This document shows positions 38,998-49,516 of a DNA stretch of 64,000 bases, piece after piece. Position 1 is the first letter of the stretch. Each line of letters starts with the position of its first letter. Origin of the DNA: Clostridia bacterium (GTDB lineage Bacteria; Bacillota; Clostridia; UBA1212; DUPL01); NCBI GenBank assembly GCA_050951325.1, contig JBMNIW010000006.1, positions 64,001 to 128,000 on the forward strand, given 5' to 3'. The notes under the pieces were generated by a model. That model worked only from the letters and a program-made list of their open reading frames with translations, searched no databases and had not been told where the DNA came from. The position numbers were made by a program, and so were the translations under genes.

Positions 38998-41219
38998 ACG
39001 TGTTGTTCCATGTAAGGATTTCTGTTAAGTCTGATTACGACCTTCGTCTTTCCCCTGAAAGACTTTGGCACCATGTACTTTATCGGGAAGTCGGATTCGT
39101 CAAAATGGCCGTCTACCAGGATTGAGAGAAGTCCGTCTGCAGGAGTGCTGTCAATTCTGACATGCACTCTTCCTGATGCAATACCATAAGGATAAAGAAG
39201 GATACATTCCTCATACTCCCTAAGGCTCTCAAAATCATAAAAATACAAGTCAACAAACTCGTGCTCATTTAAAGTTGTTCCAGGAGCAGGGTACTGATAC
39301 ACCACCTTGTCCGATGCATAAATCCTGCTTGGGTCCTTGGTGGGCGTCGGCTCCGGAGTCGGTTCTGTTGGTTCTGGTGTACCTTCCGTTGGTTCCGGAG
39401 TGTTGAATATATTGAAAAACTCCTCTTCATACGTCGAAGTAGGCGTTGGTGTTTCCTCTTCCGTTTCAGGAGGTGTTGGCGTTGATTCAGGCTCCTCCGT
39501 TTCGGGTGGTTCAGGTGTTGGAGTTTCAGTCTCTACAGGAATTGTTGGTGTTGGCGTTGGTGTTGGAGCAGGAGTATGATCAGGGAACAAATCCGTTATA
39601 TCAGAATCAGGAAACGGATATACCTTTCCTGTTTTAAGATTAAGCCTCTCCAACTCTTCCATGGCTTCTTCCAGTGTTAGACCTATCAGGTTTGGAACAG
39701 TTACCTTCTTGCTCATAATTCCAATGCTCTTGTACAGAATTACAGTGTCCCCGGGGGAAACAATAGTGTTTGCCACAGGAGACGTACGGACAATCTTGCC
39801 GGCATCCACCGAGTTGCTGGTAACCTCCCTTATTTCTGTATGCACTCCTTTTGATTCAAGAGCCTGTTCCACAAGTCTGTAGTCTTCGTTTTTATAGTCT
39901 TCAAGAACAAAATCGCCTTCTCCGCCGGACACCTCAATTTGAAGCTTGTCGCCCTTCTTGATGGATGTTCCTGCCTCTACATTCTGTGAGACAATATACC
40001 CGGAAGGAAGAATGTCATCATTTACAATATTCTGAACAACATTTATTCCATACTCCTTTAGTATGGGAACAACATCATCCGCTCGCAGACCAACGTAATC
40101 CTCTATAACATACTTTTCTGAAACCAGGCCGTTAATATTTGCATTCATACGGCTTGTAAGGCCTGCTATGAATATGACAACAACAATGCCCGCAAGGATT
40201 GAAATGATGTAAGTGATGGTTTTCATAGTCACGCTTCTTACAATCTCTGCGGTATTGACATAAGGATATTCCGGCTCTGCGGCCACTTCCTCAACTTCAT
40301 CCACTTCTCTTACGGCATTTTCCATCAGTGCCGTATCGACCGGCTCGTAAGCAGGTTCATATTCCTCGTCCAAAAAGGAATGATGAGGATTTTCAATAAC
40401 CTTGTAAAGCCTGGAAAGCATGTCTCTTGCAGACTGAAACCGTTTGCCCGGATCCTTCCTTGTTGCCATGACTATAAGGTCGTTGACACCTTTTGGTATT
40501 TCAGGATCCACTTCCTTTGGAGGAATTATCTTCCCGTCCAAGTGTTTCAAGGCAATTGAAATATGGGAATCCCCATCAAAAGGTACCACACCGGTAATGA
40601 GCTCGTACAATGTAATTCCTATAGAATAAATATCTGAGCGCTCGTCGACAAAACCGCCTCTTGCCTGTTCAGGCGACAAGTAGTGCACGCTTCCTGCGCT
40701 GTTATCGTTTGCCTGTATCGTTGAATTGCTTACCGCTCTTGCTATGCCAAAGTCGGTTAGTTTTATGTCGGAAGAATCCGACACCATTATATTCATGGGC
40801 TTTATATCCCTGTGTATTATCTGTTTTTCATGAGCATGGTCCACAGCTTCAAGAATCTGTTTTGCTATTACCAGAGTGTCCTGCCATGATATGTATTGCA
40901 TGGCATCGATATAGTCTTTTAATGTGACTCCGTCCACATATTCCATTACGATGTATATTACGTTGCCATCCTGCCCAATATCCTTTACAGATACAATATT
41001 AGGATGGTTCAGTTTCATGGCTGCTTCAGCTTCCTTTCTGAACCTCCTTATGAATTCCTCATCCTGGGCATACTCCTCCTTCAATATCTTTATGGCAACA
41101 GTTTCACCAGTCCTGACATCCTCTCCCTTGAACACAATGGCAGTGCCACCAAGACCGATTCTTTCTATTAATCTATATTTTTTGTTTAGCATGAATCCCT
41201 CAATAGAGTTGTTCATCAC
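38994..41219 (-). CDS. prkC: PASTA-domain Ser/Thr kinase
   Basis: GLGGTA, VAIK, HRDIKPMN, DFGIA, YLSPEQ; TM; three PASTA repeats. Confidence 0.95.
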   Translation of the reverse strand: MMNNSIEGFMLNKKYRLIERIGLGGTAIVFKGEDVRTGETVAIKILKEEYAQDEEFIRRFRKEAEAAMKLNHPNIVSVKDIGQDGNVIYIVMEYVDGVTLKDYIDAMQYISWQDTLVIAKQILEAVDHAHEKQIIHRDIKPMNIMVSDSSDIKLTDFGIARAVSNSTIQANDNSAGSVHYLSPEQARGGFVDERSDIYSIGITLYELITGVVPFDGDSHISIALKHLDGKIIPPKEVDPEIPKGVNDLIVMATRKDPGKRFQSARDMLSRLYKVIENPHHSFLDEEYEPAYEPVDTALMENAVREVDEVEEVAAEPEYPYVNTAEIVRSVTMKTITYIISILAGIVVVIFIAGLTSRMNANINGLVSEKYVIEDYVGLRADDVVPILKEYGINVVQNIVNDDILPSGYIVSQNVEAGTSIKKGDKLQIEVSGGEGDFVLEDYKNEDYRLVEQALESKGVHTEIREVTSNSVDAGKIVRTSPVANTIVSPGDTVILYKSIGIMSKKVTVPNLIGLTLEEAMEELERLNLKTGKVYPFPDSDITDLFPDHTPAPTPTPTPTIPVETETPTPEPPETEEPESTPTPPETEEETPTPTSTYEEEFFNIFNTPEPTEGTPEPTEPTPEPTPTKDPSRIYASDKVVYQYPAPGTTLNEHEFVDLYFYDFESLREYEECILLYPYGIASGRVHVRIDSTPADGLLSILVDGHFDESDFPIKYMVPKSFRGKTKVVIRLNRNPYMEQHV

Positions 41220-41232
41220 ATACCTCCATTAT

Positions 41233-41964
41233 TTACAGGCGGACCACAATTATGGTTATATTGTCGTTTCCGCCGTTTCTCTTGGCCTCATTAATGAGGT
41301 TGTCACAAATCTCCTCGGGAGATTCGTATTTGCTCGCAATTTTATATATCATCTCGTCACTTACCATTGAATTGAGACCGTCCGAGCACATTATTAACAG
41401 ATCTCCTTCTTTATAAGTAAGTTCGAAAGTATCCACTGCAATTTCGGGTACAATTCCCAAAGCCCTCGTAATTATGTTTCTGTCGGGATGTTCATTTGCC
41501 AGATCCCTGTCAAGAAGGCCGTTCCTTATTAAATACTCAATATATGAATGATCGATGGTAAGCTGCTTCCTTTCATTATCGGAAAGAAAATATGCACGGC
41601 TGTCACCGACATTGGCAACAATGATGTAGTTTGGAGTTATGATTGAGATTACAGAAGTAGTTCCCATTCCTGCATAATTGTAATTATCATTGGATGCATC
41701 ATATATTGCGCAATTAATCTTTTTGAGTGTGTTTATTGCGAAATTTCTCACAGATCTTTTTGTTTTGCTGCCCTTGTATTTCCTTGCAGCATCAAGAAAG
41801 CTCTCTACGGCCATGCTGCTTGCCACATCGCCGGCATTATGTCCTCCCATGCCATCAGCAATGATGAAGAAGGACATCTCGCACTCATCACAAATATACC
41901 AACCGTAACAATCCTCATTTGATAGCCTTTTGTGGCCAATATCGCTTTTTCCGTAGTAAACCAT
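41233..41964 (-). CDS. prpC: PP2C-type Ser/Thr phosphatase
   Basis: NED, ADGMGGH, GMGTT, VGDSRAY, CSDGL, GGNDNIT. Confidence 0.93.
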   Translation of the reverse strand: MVYYGKSDIGHKRLSNEDCYGWYICDECEMSFFIIADGMGGHNAGDVASSMAVESFLDAARKYKGSKTKRSVRNFAINTLKKINCAIYDASNDNYNYAGMGTTSVISIITPNYIIVANVGDSRAYFLSDNERKQLTIDHSYIEYLIRNGLLDRDLANEHPDRNIITRALGIVPEIAVDTFELTYKEGDLLIMCSDGLNSMVSDEMIYKIASKYESPEEICDNLINEAKRNGGNDNITIIVVRL

Positions 41965-41967
41965 ATG

Positions 41968-42987
41968 TTACACCTTTGTCCTTCTAAGCTGCCCGCATGC
42001 AGCCTCAATATCAGGACCGAGTTCCCTCCTAACAGTTACAGATATGCCGCTTAGGCTTAGTATTTTCTCAAACTTCCTTATATTCTCATCCCTGCTTCTT
42101 TCATATCTGCTGGTTTCTATCTTGTTTACCGGTATCAGGTTGACATGACAAAGCATGCCTTTTACAAGTCTGACCAAATCTTCAGCATGCGTCTTAGTAT
42201 CATTCACCCCGGATATCATAGCATATTCAAATGTAATTCGTCTACCTGTTTTTTCAACATATTTCCTACAAGCATCCATAAGCTGGTCTATGGGATACTT
42301 TATGTTTACAGGCATCATTTCTTTTCTTTCCCCATCGTACGGTGAATGCAACGATACCGACAAGGTAACAGGCAAATTTTCATCTGCCAGTCTTTCAATT
42401 CCGGGAATCAATCCGCATGTAGACAGGGAGATCTTTCTCAAACTAATTCCAAGGCCGTCTCCCGCCTCTTTAATAAATTTGACTACATTGTCATAATTGT
42501 CCAAAGGTTCTCCAATACCCATTATTACCACATTTCCAACCCTCACACCTGCATCCGATTGCATTGTAAGTATCTGTGAAAGCATCTCTCCCGATGTAAG
42601 GTTTCTTTCAAAGGACAGCCCGGTGGATGCGCAAAACCTGCATCCCATTTTGCAGCCAACCTGTGAGGATATGCAGGCGGAATAGCCGTATTTGTACTTC
42701 ATGAGAACACTTTCAATTACATTTCCGTCTCCCAGATCAAAAAGATACTTTTTAGTTCCATCTATATTTGATTCCAGCTTCCTTACTATCTCAAGCCTTC
42801 CAGTACATGCAACATTGTCAAGTTTCTCCCTTGTTTCAACTGGAAGATCCGTCATCTTGGAAAATTCAAAAACACCCTTGTATATATTACTCCTTATCTG
42901 TGCTGCCCTGTATTTGGGAAGACCCAGTCCAGATACATATTCTTTTAGTTCATCCAATGTATAATCGAGAAGGTTTGTCTTCTTCAC
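41968..42987 (-). CDS. rlmN: 23S rRNA A2503/tRNA C2-methyltransferase
   Basis: SSQVGCKMGCRFC, MGIGEP, AACGQL. Confidence 0.96.
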   Translation of the reverse strand: MKKTNLLDYTLDELKEYVSGLGLPKYRAAQIRSNIYKGVFEFSKMTDLPVETREKLDNVACTGRLEIVRKLESNIDGTKKYLFDLGDGNVIESVLMKYKYGYSACISSQVGCKMGCRFCASTGLSFERNLTSGEMLSQILTMQSDAGVRVGNVVIMGIGEPLDNYDNVVKFIKEAGDGLGISLRKISLSTCGLIPGIERLADENLPVTLSVSLHSPYDGERKEMMPVNIKYPIDQLMDACRKYVEKTGRRITFEYAMISGVNDTKTHAEDLVRLVKGMLCHVNLIPVNKIETSRYERSRDENIRKFEKILSLSGISVTVRRELGPDIEAACGQLRRTKV

Positions 42988-42997
42988 ATTTTCACCT

Positions 42998-43942
42998 TCA
43001 ATTTAATATTGTTCCAGGAGGCATGGGATGTCCGTTGTTGTAATCCCAGACATGCATTCTCTTTGCATTTTCTCCCTGTACTTCAATAATTCTGACAACA
43101 CCCAAACCCGCTTTCACCAATGCACCTGTTTGATCTATTTCAACAACTTCTCCAGGTCTTGCATCTTCAACATCCATATCAACAAGAGCTGTCTTCCATA
43201 TCTTAAGCTTCTTGCCATCTACAAAGCAATAACTTCCTGGAAAGGGATTTGTGCCCCTAACAAGATTATGCACATCCAAAGCGGATTTTTTGAAATCTAT
43301 TCTTCCCGTTTCCCTTGTTACCATGGGAGCATAAGTTGCCTCGTCATGGTTCTGAGGTATCCTTTTAAGAGTTCCATCCATAAGCTTATCAATTGTTTCT
43401 ATGATAACAACACTGCCAAGCTCCGCCAGCACATCATGCAGCTCTCCCATGGTCATGTCAACGGGAATGTCAATCTCTCTGGCAAGTAGAATATCACCCG
43501 TATCCATGCCCACATCCGTCATCATGGTGGTAATTCCAGTTTCCTTTTCTCCATCTATTATGCAGTGCCAAAGAGGAGCAGCCCCCCTATACTTTGGCAA
43601 AAGGGATGCATGTATGTTTATGCACCCGAACTTCGGTATTGAGATAATACTCTCAGGTAGTATCTTTCCATAAGCGCATGTCACAAAAACATCCGCACCA
43701 TAGGATGTCAAGGCATCGTAAAATTCCTTTGCCTTCACGCTCTCAGGCTGCAGAACATCAATCCCTTTACTCTCTGCATACACCTTTGTACACGGACTGG
43801 TTACTTTTCCTCCCCTGCCCTTTGGCTTGTCCGGGTTTGTGACAACGCAAACCACATCATGATGCACATCCAAAGCTTTCAGGGAAGGCAGGGCGAACTC
43901 AGGAGTACCCATGAATACAATTTTCAATCTTTTATTCATCAA
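42998..43942 (-). CDS. fmt: methionyl-tRNA formyltransferase
   Basis: FMGTPEFA, NIHASLLPKYRGAAP, MDTGD. Confidence 0.96.
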   Translation of the reverse strand: MMNKRLKIVFMGTPEFALPSLKALDVHHDVVCVVTNPDKPKGRGGKVTSPCTKVYAESKGIDVLQPESVKAKEFYDALTSYGADVFVTCAYGKILPESIISIPKFGCINIHASLLPKYRGAAPLWHCIIDGEKETGITTMMTDVGMDTGDILLAREIDIPVDMTMGELHDVLAELGSVVIIETIDKLMDGTLKRIPQNHDEATYAPMVTRETGRIDFKKSALDVHNLVRGTNPFPGSYCFVDGKKLKIWKTALVDMDVEDARPGEVVEIDQTGALVKAGLGVVRIIEVQGENAKRMHVWDYNNGHPMPPGTILN

Positions 43943-44431
43943 TCACTCATCCTCGTCAGACAATTCTTTATCCTCTTCAAGCTTGGCAAATTCATATGCC
44001 TTGTCTTTGTAGAGAACTCCATCCAAATGGTCAAGCTCGTGACTTAATATGTTTGCTAGCATTCCGTTTGCCTTTATCTCAATCTCTTCACCATTTTCAT
44101 TCAATGCCTTTACATGTATCTCAGACGGTCTTTTTACATAGCCGTAATATCCTGGAATACTGAGACATCCTTCCTTTGACTCCTGTTCTCCGATTTCGCT
44201 GACTATATATGGATTTATCAGTGCGTATTTTGCACCGTTGTAATCGTCTATGACTACAATTCTGCGAACAATCCCGATTTGGGGCGCTGCAAGGCCGACT
44301 CCGTTCAACTCGTACATCGTGTCGAACATGTCTTCTATAAGTCTTTTTATTCTTGGGCTTATCTCGTTTACCTTCTTGCACTTGACCCTGAGTACGGGAT
44401 CGCCTTCATATCTTACCTGCCTAACTGCCAT
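43943..44431 (-). CDS. def: peptide deformylase
   Basis: GVGLAAPQIG, EGCLS, HELDHLDG. Confidence 0.96.
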   Translation of the reverse strand: MAVRQVRYEGDPVLRVKCKKVNEISPRIKRLIEDMFDTMYELNGVGLAAPQIGIVRRIVVIDDYNGAKYALINPYIVSEIGEQESKEGCLSIPGYYGYVKRPSEIHVKALNENGEEIEIKANGMLANILSHELDHLDGVLYKDKAYEFAKLEEDKELSDEDE

Positions 44432-44509
44432 AATTCTCTTCCTTTATATTGATATTTTATATTTTATTTTGTCAATATATATTACCATATACGACATCTC
44501 TTTTCAATT

Positions 44510-46738
44510 CTATATCATAAAGCCGGGATTTATGTCATACATCATACTTATGTCGTTTTTAACGTACTTGTTATCCTTCCTTATTTCCTCCAAGTACTCT
44601 CTAAATAAATCAACCAACAAGTCCCGGTCTGAACATTTTACAATAAGGCGCCATCTGTATTTGTTGTTTATCTTGGGAATACCGCTTCTGGTAGGACCTA
44701 ACACCTCCGTCCCTTTATCCTTCACAAGACCCACCAGAACCTTCCTATGCAATGCCGCCATATCATAAACATCCTTGTCGTTCACTCCACTGAACCTGAC
44801 AGCTCCAATTTCGCAAAACGGAGGATACCACAGTTTTTGTCTTACCAGTATTTCATTTCTGTAAAAATCCTCATACACTCCATTGGCAGCACATTCAATT
44901 GCATAGTCATCTATATTATATGCTTGAATTATAACTCTGCCAGGAAGTTCATCCCTGCCTGCACGACCAGACACTTGTGTCAATAGCTGGTACGCTTTTT
45001 CCTGCGCCCTGTAATCCTGCAGATTAATAAGGGAATCTGCATTAATAACTCCTACTAGTGTTACCAATGGAAAGTCATGACCTTTTGCAATCATCTGGGT
45101 ACCGACCAAAAAGTCAGCCCTTTCATCCCTAAACTTTTGTATCATCTTTGCATGCCCGTCCTTTACGGAGGTTGTGTCCGTATCCATCCTTACAACAGTG
45201 CACCCGGGAAACTGTTTTTTAAGCGCCTCTTCAACTTTTTCCGTACCTATCCCCTTTCTTATAAAAGAAACACTCTTGCAGTGGGGGCATGTCTTTGGAG
45301 CTGGCGCGGTATTGCCACAGTAGTGGCAGACAATCCTCTCCTGCTTCAAATGCAGTGTCATTGGTATATTGCATCGTCTGCATTTCATGGTCTTTCCGCA
45401 GCTTTGGCACTGCAAATTTCTCGAAAAACCCCTTCTGTTTATGAAAAGAACTGTCTGCTCGTTTGCTTCAAGGTTCTTTTTCATCTCCTGCAGGAGTCTT
45501 TGTGAGAACATGTTGTCGCCAAGCCCCATTTCCCTTCGCATGTCAACTATCTCAATTGGAGGGAGCAAAGACACATCCTTCGCTCTTTGTTTAAGAGTGA
45601 ACAGATGCACATCTCCCTTTGTCGCCCTATAATATGTACTGATATTGGGTGTGGCTGAACCATAAATGACGATGGCACCATTCATTTTCGCCCTCATCAC
45701 ACAGACCTCATGGGCAAGATATCTTGGCGCCAAGTCATCTGACTTGTATGTATCTTCCTGCTCTTCATCTATTATGAAAAGAGAGACATTGTCAAACGGA
45801 GCAAAAACGCAACTTCTTGCGCCAACCGCCACCGACACCTCTCCCCTTCTTATACTTTTCCACTCCATGTTCCTTTCATTATCAGTAAGCCTTGAGTGAA
45901 GTATTGCCACCTTGTTTCCAAATCTGCCGGTGAGTCTTTCCACCATCTGGGGTGTAAGGGATATCTCAGGAACCAAAAGTATGGAGTTTCCTCCCTTTTC
46001 CATAACCTTGGCTATGAGCTGCATGTACACTTCCGTCTTGCCACTGCCTGTAACTCCATGCAATAGTACTTCTGCAAACTCTTCCTTTTCAATCATCCTG
46101 CAAACTTCTTCATAAACAGCTTTCTGCTCGTTGTTAAGCACCAACGGCTCGGATGTAATCTCAATATTTTTTGGTTTTTCTTCCTCCAACACACGTTCCT
46201 TGTATACTATTATGTGCCCATTGTCCTTAAGTTTGTTTATTATATACATGCTTGCCTGGGTTGCATTCATAAGCTCGCTTGTCAGCATTGGTCCTTCGAA
46301 AAGTGCTTGCAACACCTTTATGTACTTAATATTCCTAAACTCTTCTGATTTGATAATCTGCCTGGTTTCTTCCTCACTTCCTGCAAGTTTTGCCACATTC
46401 TGCAGTCTGCCTTTGTTTCCTTCAGGAGGTATCATACACCTTGCCGCCTCTCCGATGGTGCAGAGATACGTCTCATGCATTTTCCGAGCCAAAACCATCT
46501 CCTTTTCTGTCAACGGTTCAATATCTGCAATACTTTGAATCTCCTTAAGCTCATATTCACCTGAATAACTTTCCTGAAGCTCCCAGACAAGAGCTGCAAC
46601 CTTTTTGTTACCCTTCCCAAAAGGCACGGTGACAAACACACCTTCCGACACATCATTCGCCAGGTGCTTTGGTACAATGTAACTGTATTTGTTATCATAT
46701 ATGAAGTTGCTATCAAGAAGGTATACGTTTGCTATCAT
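44510..46738 (-). CDS. priA: primosomal protein N' helicase
   Basis: GVTGSGKT, VPEISLTPQ, DEEQ, four CxxC pairs, GTQMIAKG, QVSGRAGR. Confidence 0.96.
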   Translation of the reverse strand: MIANVYLLDSNFIYDNKYSYIVPKHLANDVSEGVFVTVPFGKGNKKVAALVWELQESYSGEYELKEIQSIADIEPLTEKEMVLARKMHETYLCTIGEAARCMIPPEGNKGRLQNVAKLAGSEEETRQIIKSEEFRNIKYIKVLQALFEGPMLTSELMNATQASMYIINKLKDNGHIIVYKERVLEEEKPKNIEITSEPLVLNNEQKAVYEEVCRMIEKEEFAEVLLHGVTGSGKTEVYMQLIAKVMEKGGNSILLVPEISLTPQMVERLTGRFGNKVAILHSRLTDNERNMEWKSIRRGEVSVAVGARSCVFAPFDNVSLFIIDEEQEDTYKSDDLAPRYLAHEVCVMRAKMNGAIVIYGSATPNISTYYRATKGDVHLFTLKQRAKDVSLLPPIEIVDMRREMGLGDNMFSQRLLQEMKKNLEANEQTVLFINRRGFSRNLQCQSCGKTMKCRRCNIPMTLHLKQERIVCHYCGNTAPAPKTCPHCKSVSFIRKGIGTEKVEEALKKQFPGCTVVRMDTDTTSVKDGHAKMIQKFRDERADFLVGTQMIAKGHDFPLVTLVGVINADSLINLQDYRAQEKAYQLLTQVSGRAGRDELPGRVIIQAYNIDDYAIECAANGVYEDFYRNEILVRQKLWYPPFCEIGAVRFSGVNDKDVYDMAALHRKVLVGLVKDKGTEVLGPTRSGIPKINNKYRWRLIVKCSDRDLLVDLFREYLEEIRKDNKYVKNDISMMYDINPGFMI

Positions 46739-46752
46739 CTTTCTCCCCAATT

Positions 46753-46791
46753 AAAAAGGCGGTACACATTATTATGAGTATCCGCCATTTT
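46753..46791 (-). terminator. terminator-like hairpin directly upstream of priA
   Basis: Minus strand ggcggatac...gtaccgcc followed by ttttt. Confidence 0.6.
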
Positions 46792-46817
46792 GTTCAATAT
46801 TCCTTTTATTTAATGAC

Positions 46818-47228
46818 TCAAACAGCATACTCCTTAATAAATTCAGGAATATTGTTTTCATCTCCATTAATACTCATATAAAAGTTAACGTCATGCTCTT
46901 TGGAAATCTTGGATACGCCTTCGAAAAACTTTTTTAATGACTCTGCGTCCTGGTGAACTATATACGTAAGTCCATCTATGAAAATCGTTTCTATGTCATA
47001 ATTCTGGGAAACCACACCGCATAGAAAACCTAGAAATGCTTCAGAACCGTAAACAGGATAATCGAGAATGTTGATAAATCTGATCTTGTGAGACAATTTT
47101 ATGAGCAGCTCGTTGCTGTCATCAATGAATACAACAACTCCGGAACTTTCCCTGGCAAGATTGTTTGCATCTTCCAACATCTTCTTAGTCTTGCCCGTTC
47201 CTTTACTGCCATAGAGTACCTTAACCAT
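46818..47228 (-). CDS. small conserved P-loop protein
   Basis: N-terminal GSKGTGKT, Walker B-like IFIDG; start moved to MVKVLY. Confidence 0.8.
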   Translation of the reverse strand: MVKVLYGSKGTGKTKKMLEDANNLARESSGVVVFIDDSNELLIKLSHKIRFINILDYPVYGSEAFLGFLCGVVSQNYDIETIFIDGLTYIVHQDAESLKKFFEGVSKISKEHDVNFYMSINGDENNIPEFIKEYAV

Positions 47229-47282
47229 AATAGCATCCCTCCGATATTTTTCTATACTCATATTCTACTATATTTACAAAAA

Positions 47283-47930
47283 TTATTCAAGAAAATTATC
47301 CGGCCTCGGTGTTACCAATTCCACCCTGGAAACCGACACCTCATAAGCCACCCTTGTTTCCGTCTCTCCCGAGGGCAGCACTTTCTCATATTCCCTGCTT
47401 TGCACCCTTCCAAAAATCCTGATATTGTCCCCAACGGACAAATTCTTGGCAAATCTTGCATTTCTTCCCCACAAAATACAGGGTATGTAATCTGAACGAT
47501 TGTATGGACGGTTTACCGCAAGTAGAATATCAGCTATTTCACGGTTAAAGGGAGTAACTCTGTAAACAGGCTGTTTGCAGATAAAACCATTCAATTCAAT
47601 CTGATTCATATCCGGCTTATCCGGTTTTGTATCAGCAATATTAATATCCTTCACGAATAAAGTAAGCATCAACCTGGATTCTCCGTCCGCCATGTTGTAT
47701 GATCTAAACTGACCGTTCACTTCCACGTATTTGCCCTTTTGAAGCTTTTCTATGGGTACAATTCTTTCGGAAATTGTGACAGGTATTGTATCATAACTTT
47801 TGCTCAGTCTCATTACGACAACATAAAAATTGTAAAACGACTCTCCATATATCTTATGACTGTATTCAATTTCGGAGGATATTATTCCTGATATTGACGC
47901 AACATTATTCTCTGCAAGTTCAGCTGACAC
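47283..47930 (-). CDS. double OB-fold ssDNA-binding protein (clostridial SSB/PriB-like)
   Basis: Two OB folds (GQFRSYN; SDYIPCILWGRNA, GRVQSREY); no acidic SSB tail. Confidence 0.85.
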   Translation of the reverse strand: MSAELAENNVASISGIISSEIEYSHKIYGESFYNFYVVVMRLSKSYDTIPVTISERIVPIEKLQKGKYVEVNGQFRSYNMADGESRLMLTLFVKDINIADTKPDKPDMNQIELNGFICKQPVYRVTPFNREIADILLAVNRPYNRSDYIPCILWGRNARFAKNLSVGDNIRIFGRVQSREYEKVLPSGETETRVAYEVSVSRVELVTPRPDNFLE

Positions 47931-48022
47931 AAAAAAACTCCCTTCTCTGTTGTAATTAAAACAAGTTTTTTCCTATGGCGACTTCCATTATATACAATAA
48001 CAAAGGTTAATGCAATTACTTT

Positions 48023-48790
48023 TTAACCTCTTTTGCCTCTCTGGATTCCCTGGTGGTCTATGTAGTAATCGGTCTTGTATATAAGTTCGGAAACCTTGAC
48101 AAAATCATAGCCTTCATTCTTCAAATGCTTGATGATGACCGGCAGAACATCCTTTGTATGTTTTGTGTCATTATGGAAAAGAAGTATGCTGCCGGACCTT
48201 GTTCTTCCTGTGACCCTGTCTATAATGTTCTGGGCAGTCATCGAATCTTTCCAGTCTATGCTGTCAACAGTCCATTTTATAGTATACAATCCTTTCCTCT
48301 GGGTAAGCGTCAAAAGCTCCTCCGTATGGTCTCCTGAAGGAGCCCTGTATAACAAAGGCCTGAATCCTACAATCTTCTCTATTGCATCATTTGCCTTGTC
48401 TATCTCCTCTTCCATCTGTTTCACAGATATTCTGGAGGGCAGCTTGTGGGAATATGAATGATTTCCAATCTCATGACCTCTGTCATGTATCAATTTAAGC
48501 ATCTCAGGATTCTTCTCCGCCCAGATTCCTAGAACAAAAAACGTAGCCTTTACCTGTTCCCTGTCCAGAATATCAAGTATCTCAGGTATGTCATCAGCAC
48601 CCCAGGCACAGTTAATTGTAAGAGAGATTCTCATGTTATCATCGTCCGTACCATATATGGGTAGAAGGGTTTCCTGAGCCCTTCCCAAATGATCCTTTAC
48701 CATCGACACAACCGCCAGCATCATTACAATAACCAGGACAAGAGAAATAATTAAAAATTGCCTGCCGTGTTTTATGTATATCAGTTTCAT
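48023..48790 (-). CDS. polysaccharide deacetylase, PdaB-like
   Basis: LTINCAWG, KATFF, HEIGNHSYSH, RAPSG, DSIDW, ILLFHN; N-terminal TM. Confidence 0.85.
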   Translation of the reverse strand: MKLIYIKHGRQFLIISLVLVIVMMLAVVSMVKDHLGRAQETLLPIYGTDDDNMRISLTINCAWGADDIPEILDILDREQVKATFFVLGIWAEKNPEMLKLIHDRGHEIGNHSYSHKLPSRISVKQMEEEIDKANDAIEKIVGFRPLLYRAPSGDHTEELLTLTQRKGLYTIKWTVDSIDWKDSMTAQNIIDRVTGRTRSGSILLFHNDTKHTKDVLPVIIKHLKNEGYDFVKVSELIYKTDYYIDHQGIQRGKRG

Positions 48791-48856
48791 AATAAGCTCC
48801 AAAACCTTGTTTGCTAAATATTACGCAAAACACGAATGATTTATGACAAACAATAT

Positions 48857-48873
48857 GGCGGGCACAGCCCGCC
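48857..48873 (-). terminator. GC-rich hairpin, probable terminator
   Basis: ggcgggc-aca-gcccgcc just downstream of the USP-like gene. Confidence 0.5.
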
Positions 48874-48886
48874 TCATTATTTCTAT

Positions 48887-49327
48887 TTATGATATTCTGA
48901 GACTTATCGTATCCAGCCTCTTCATATTTTCCTTCATGTCTACTGAGTATATCGGCACACCAGGCGCCATGTTCATTATCTGTTCCAAAAACGACCCTGC
49001 TCCCAAATTGCCCGGGAGACCGGTCACCATAATCATTGGTTTGAATCTTTTTATAGTATCGTGCGCTGCCTCATACATGTCATCTGAGTATACAACTGTA
49101 AGTTCGGCATCCGCACTTTTTGCAGCTTCGCTTAGTTTCTTAAGGTCGCTTGCGCGATTGTTCCAATCGCCCTTGATGCTTCCCTGTATGCTAACAATTA
49201 CAAGTTCCACCTTGTTATCATCAGCCAGTTTTCTTCCTGCGCTGACGATACTTTGGCAGGCATCGGGATTGGTTACCCAAACCAATACGGTTTTCTTCCT
49301 CTCTTGTTTTCTTGTCTTCATCGACAC
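48887..49327 (-). CDS. universal stress protein-like domain protein
   Basis: VLVWVT..DACQSIVSAG..LA, MVTG motif; single USP-like domain. Confidence 0.7.
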   Translation of the reverse strand: MSMKTRKQERKKTVLVWVTNPDACQSIVSAGRKLADDNKVELVIVSIQGSIKGDWNNRASDLKKLSEAAKSADAELTVVYSDDMYEAAHDTIKRFKPMIMVTGLPGNLGAGSFLEQIMNMAPGVPIYSVDMKENMKRLDTISLRIS

Positions 49328-49516
49328 TTTCCTTTCTATATAATTTTAAAGGTTCAAATTAAAGCAAATCGCCTCCTTATGCACTTTACGCATTTCACTG
49401 TTCCCAGTATAACATATCTATCTCCATTTTTCAATCAAAAATCATTAATCGAAATTATTGACTTATAAATTTTTATGTAATATTATTTTATCTAACAAGC
49501 TTAAGGAAGGGATAAC

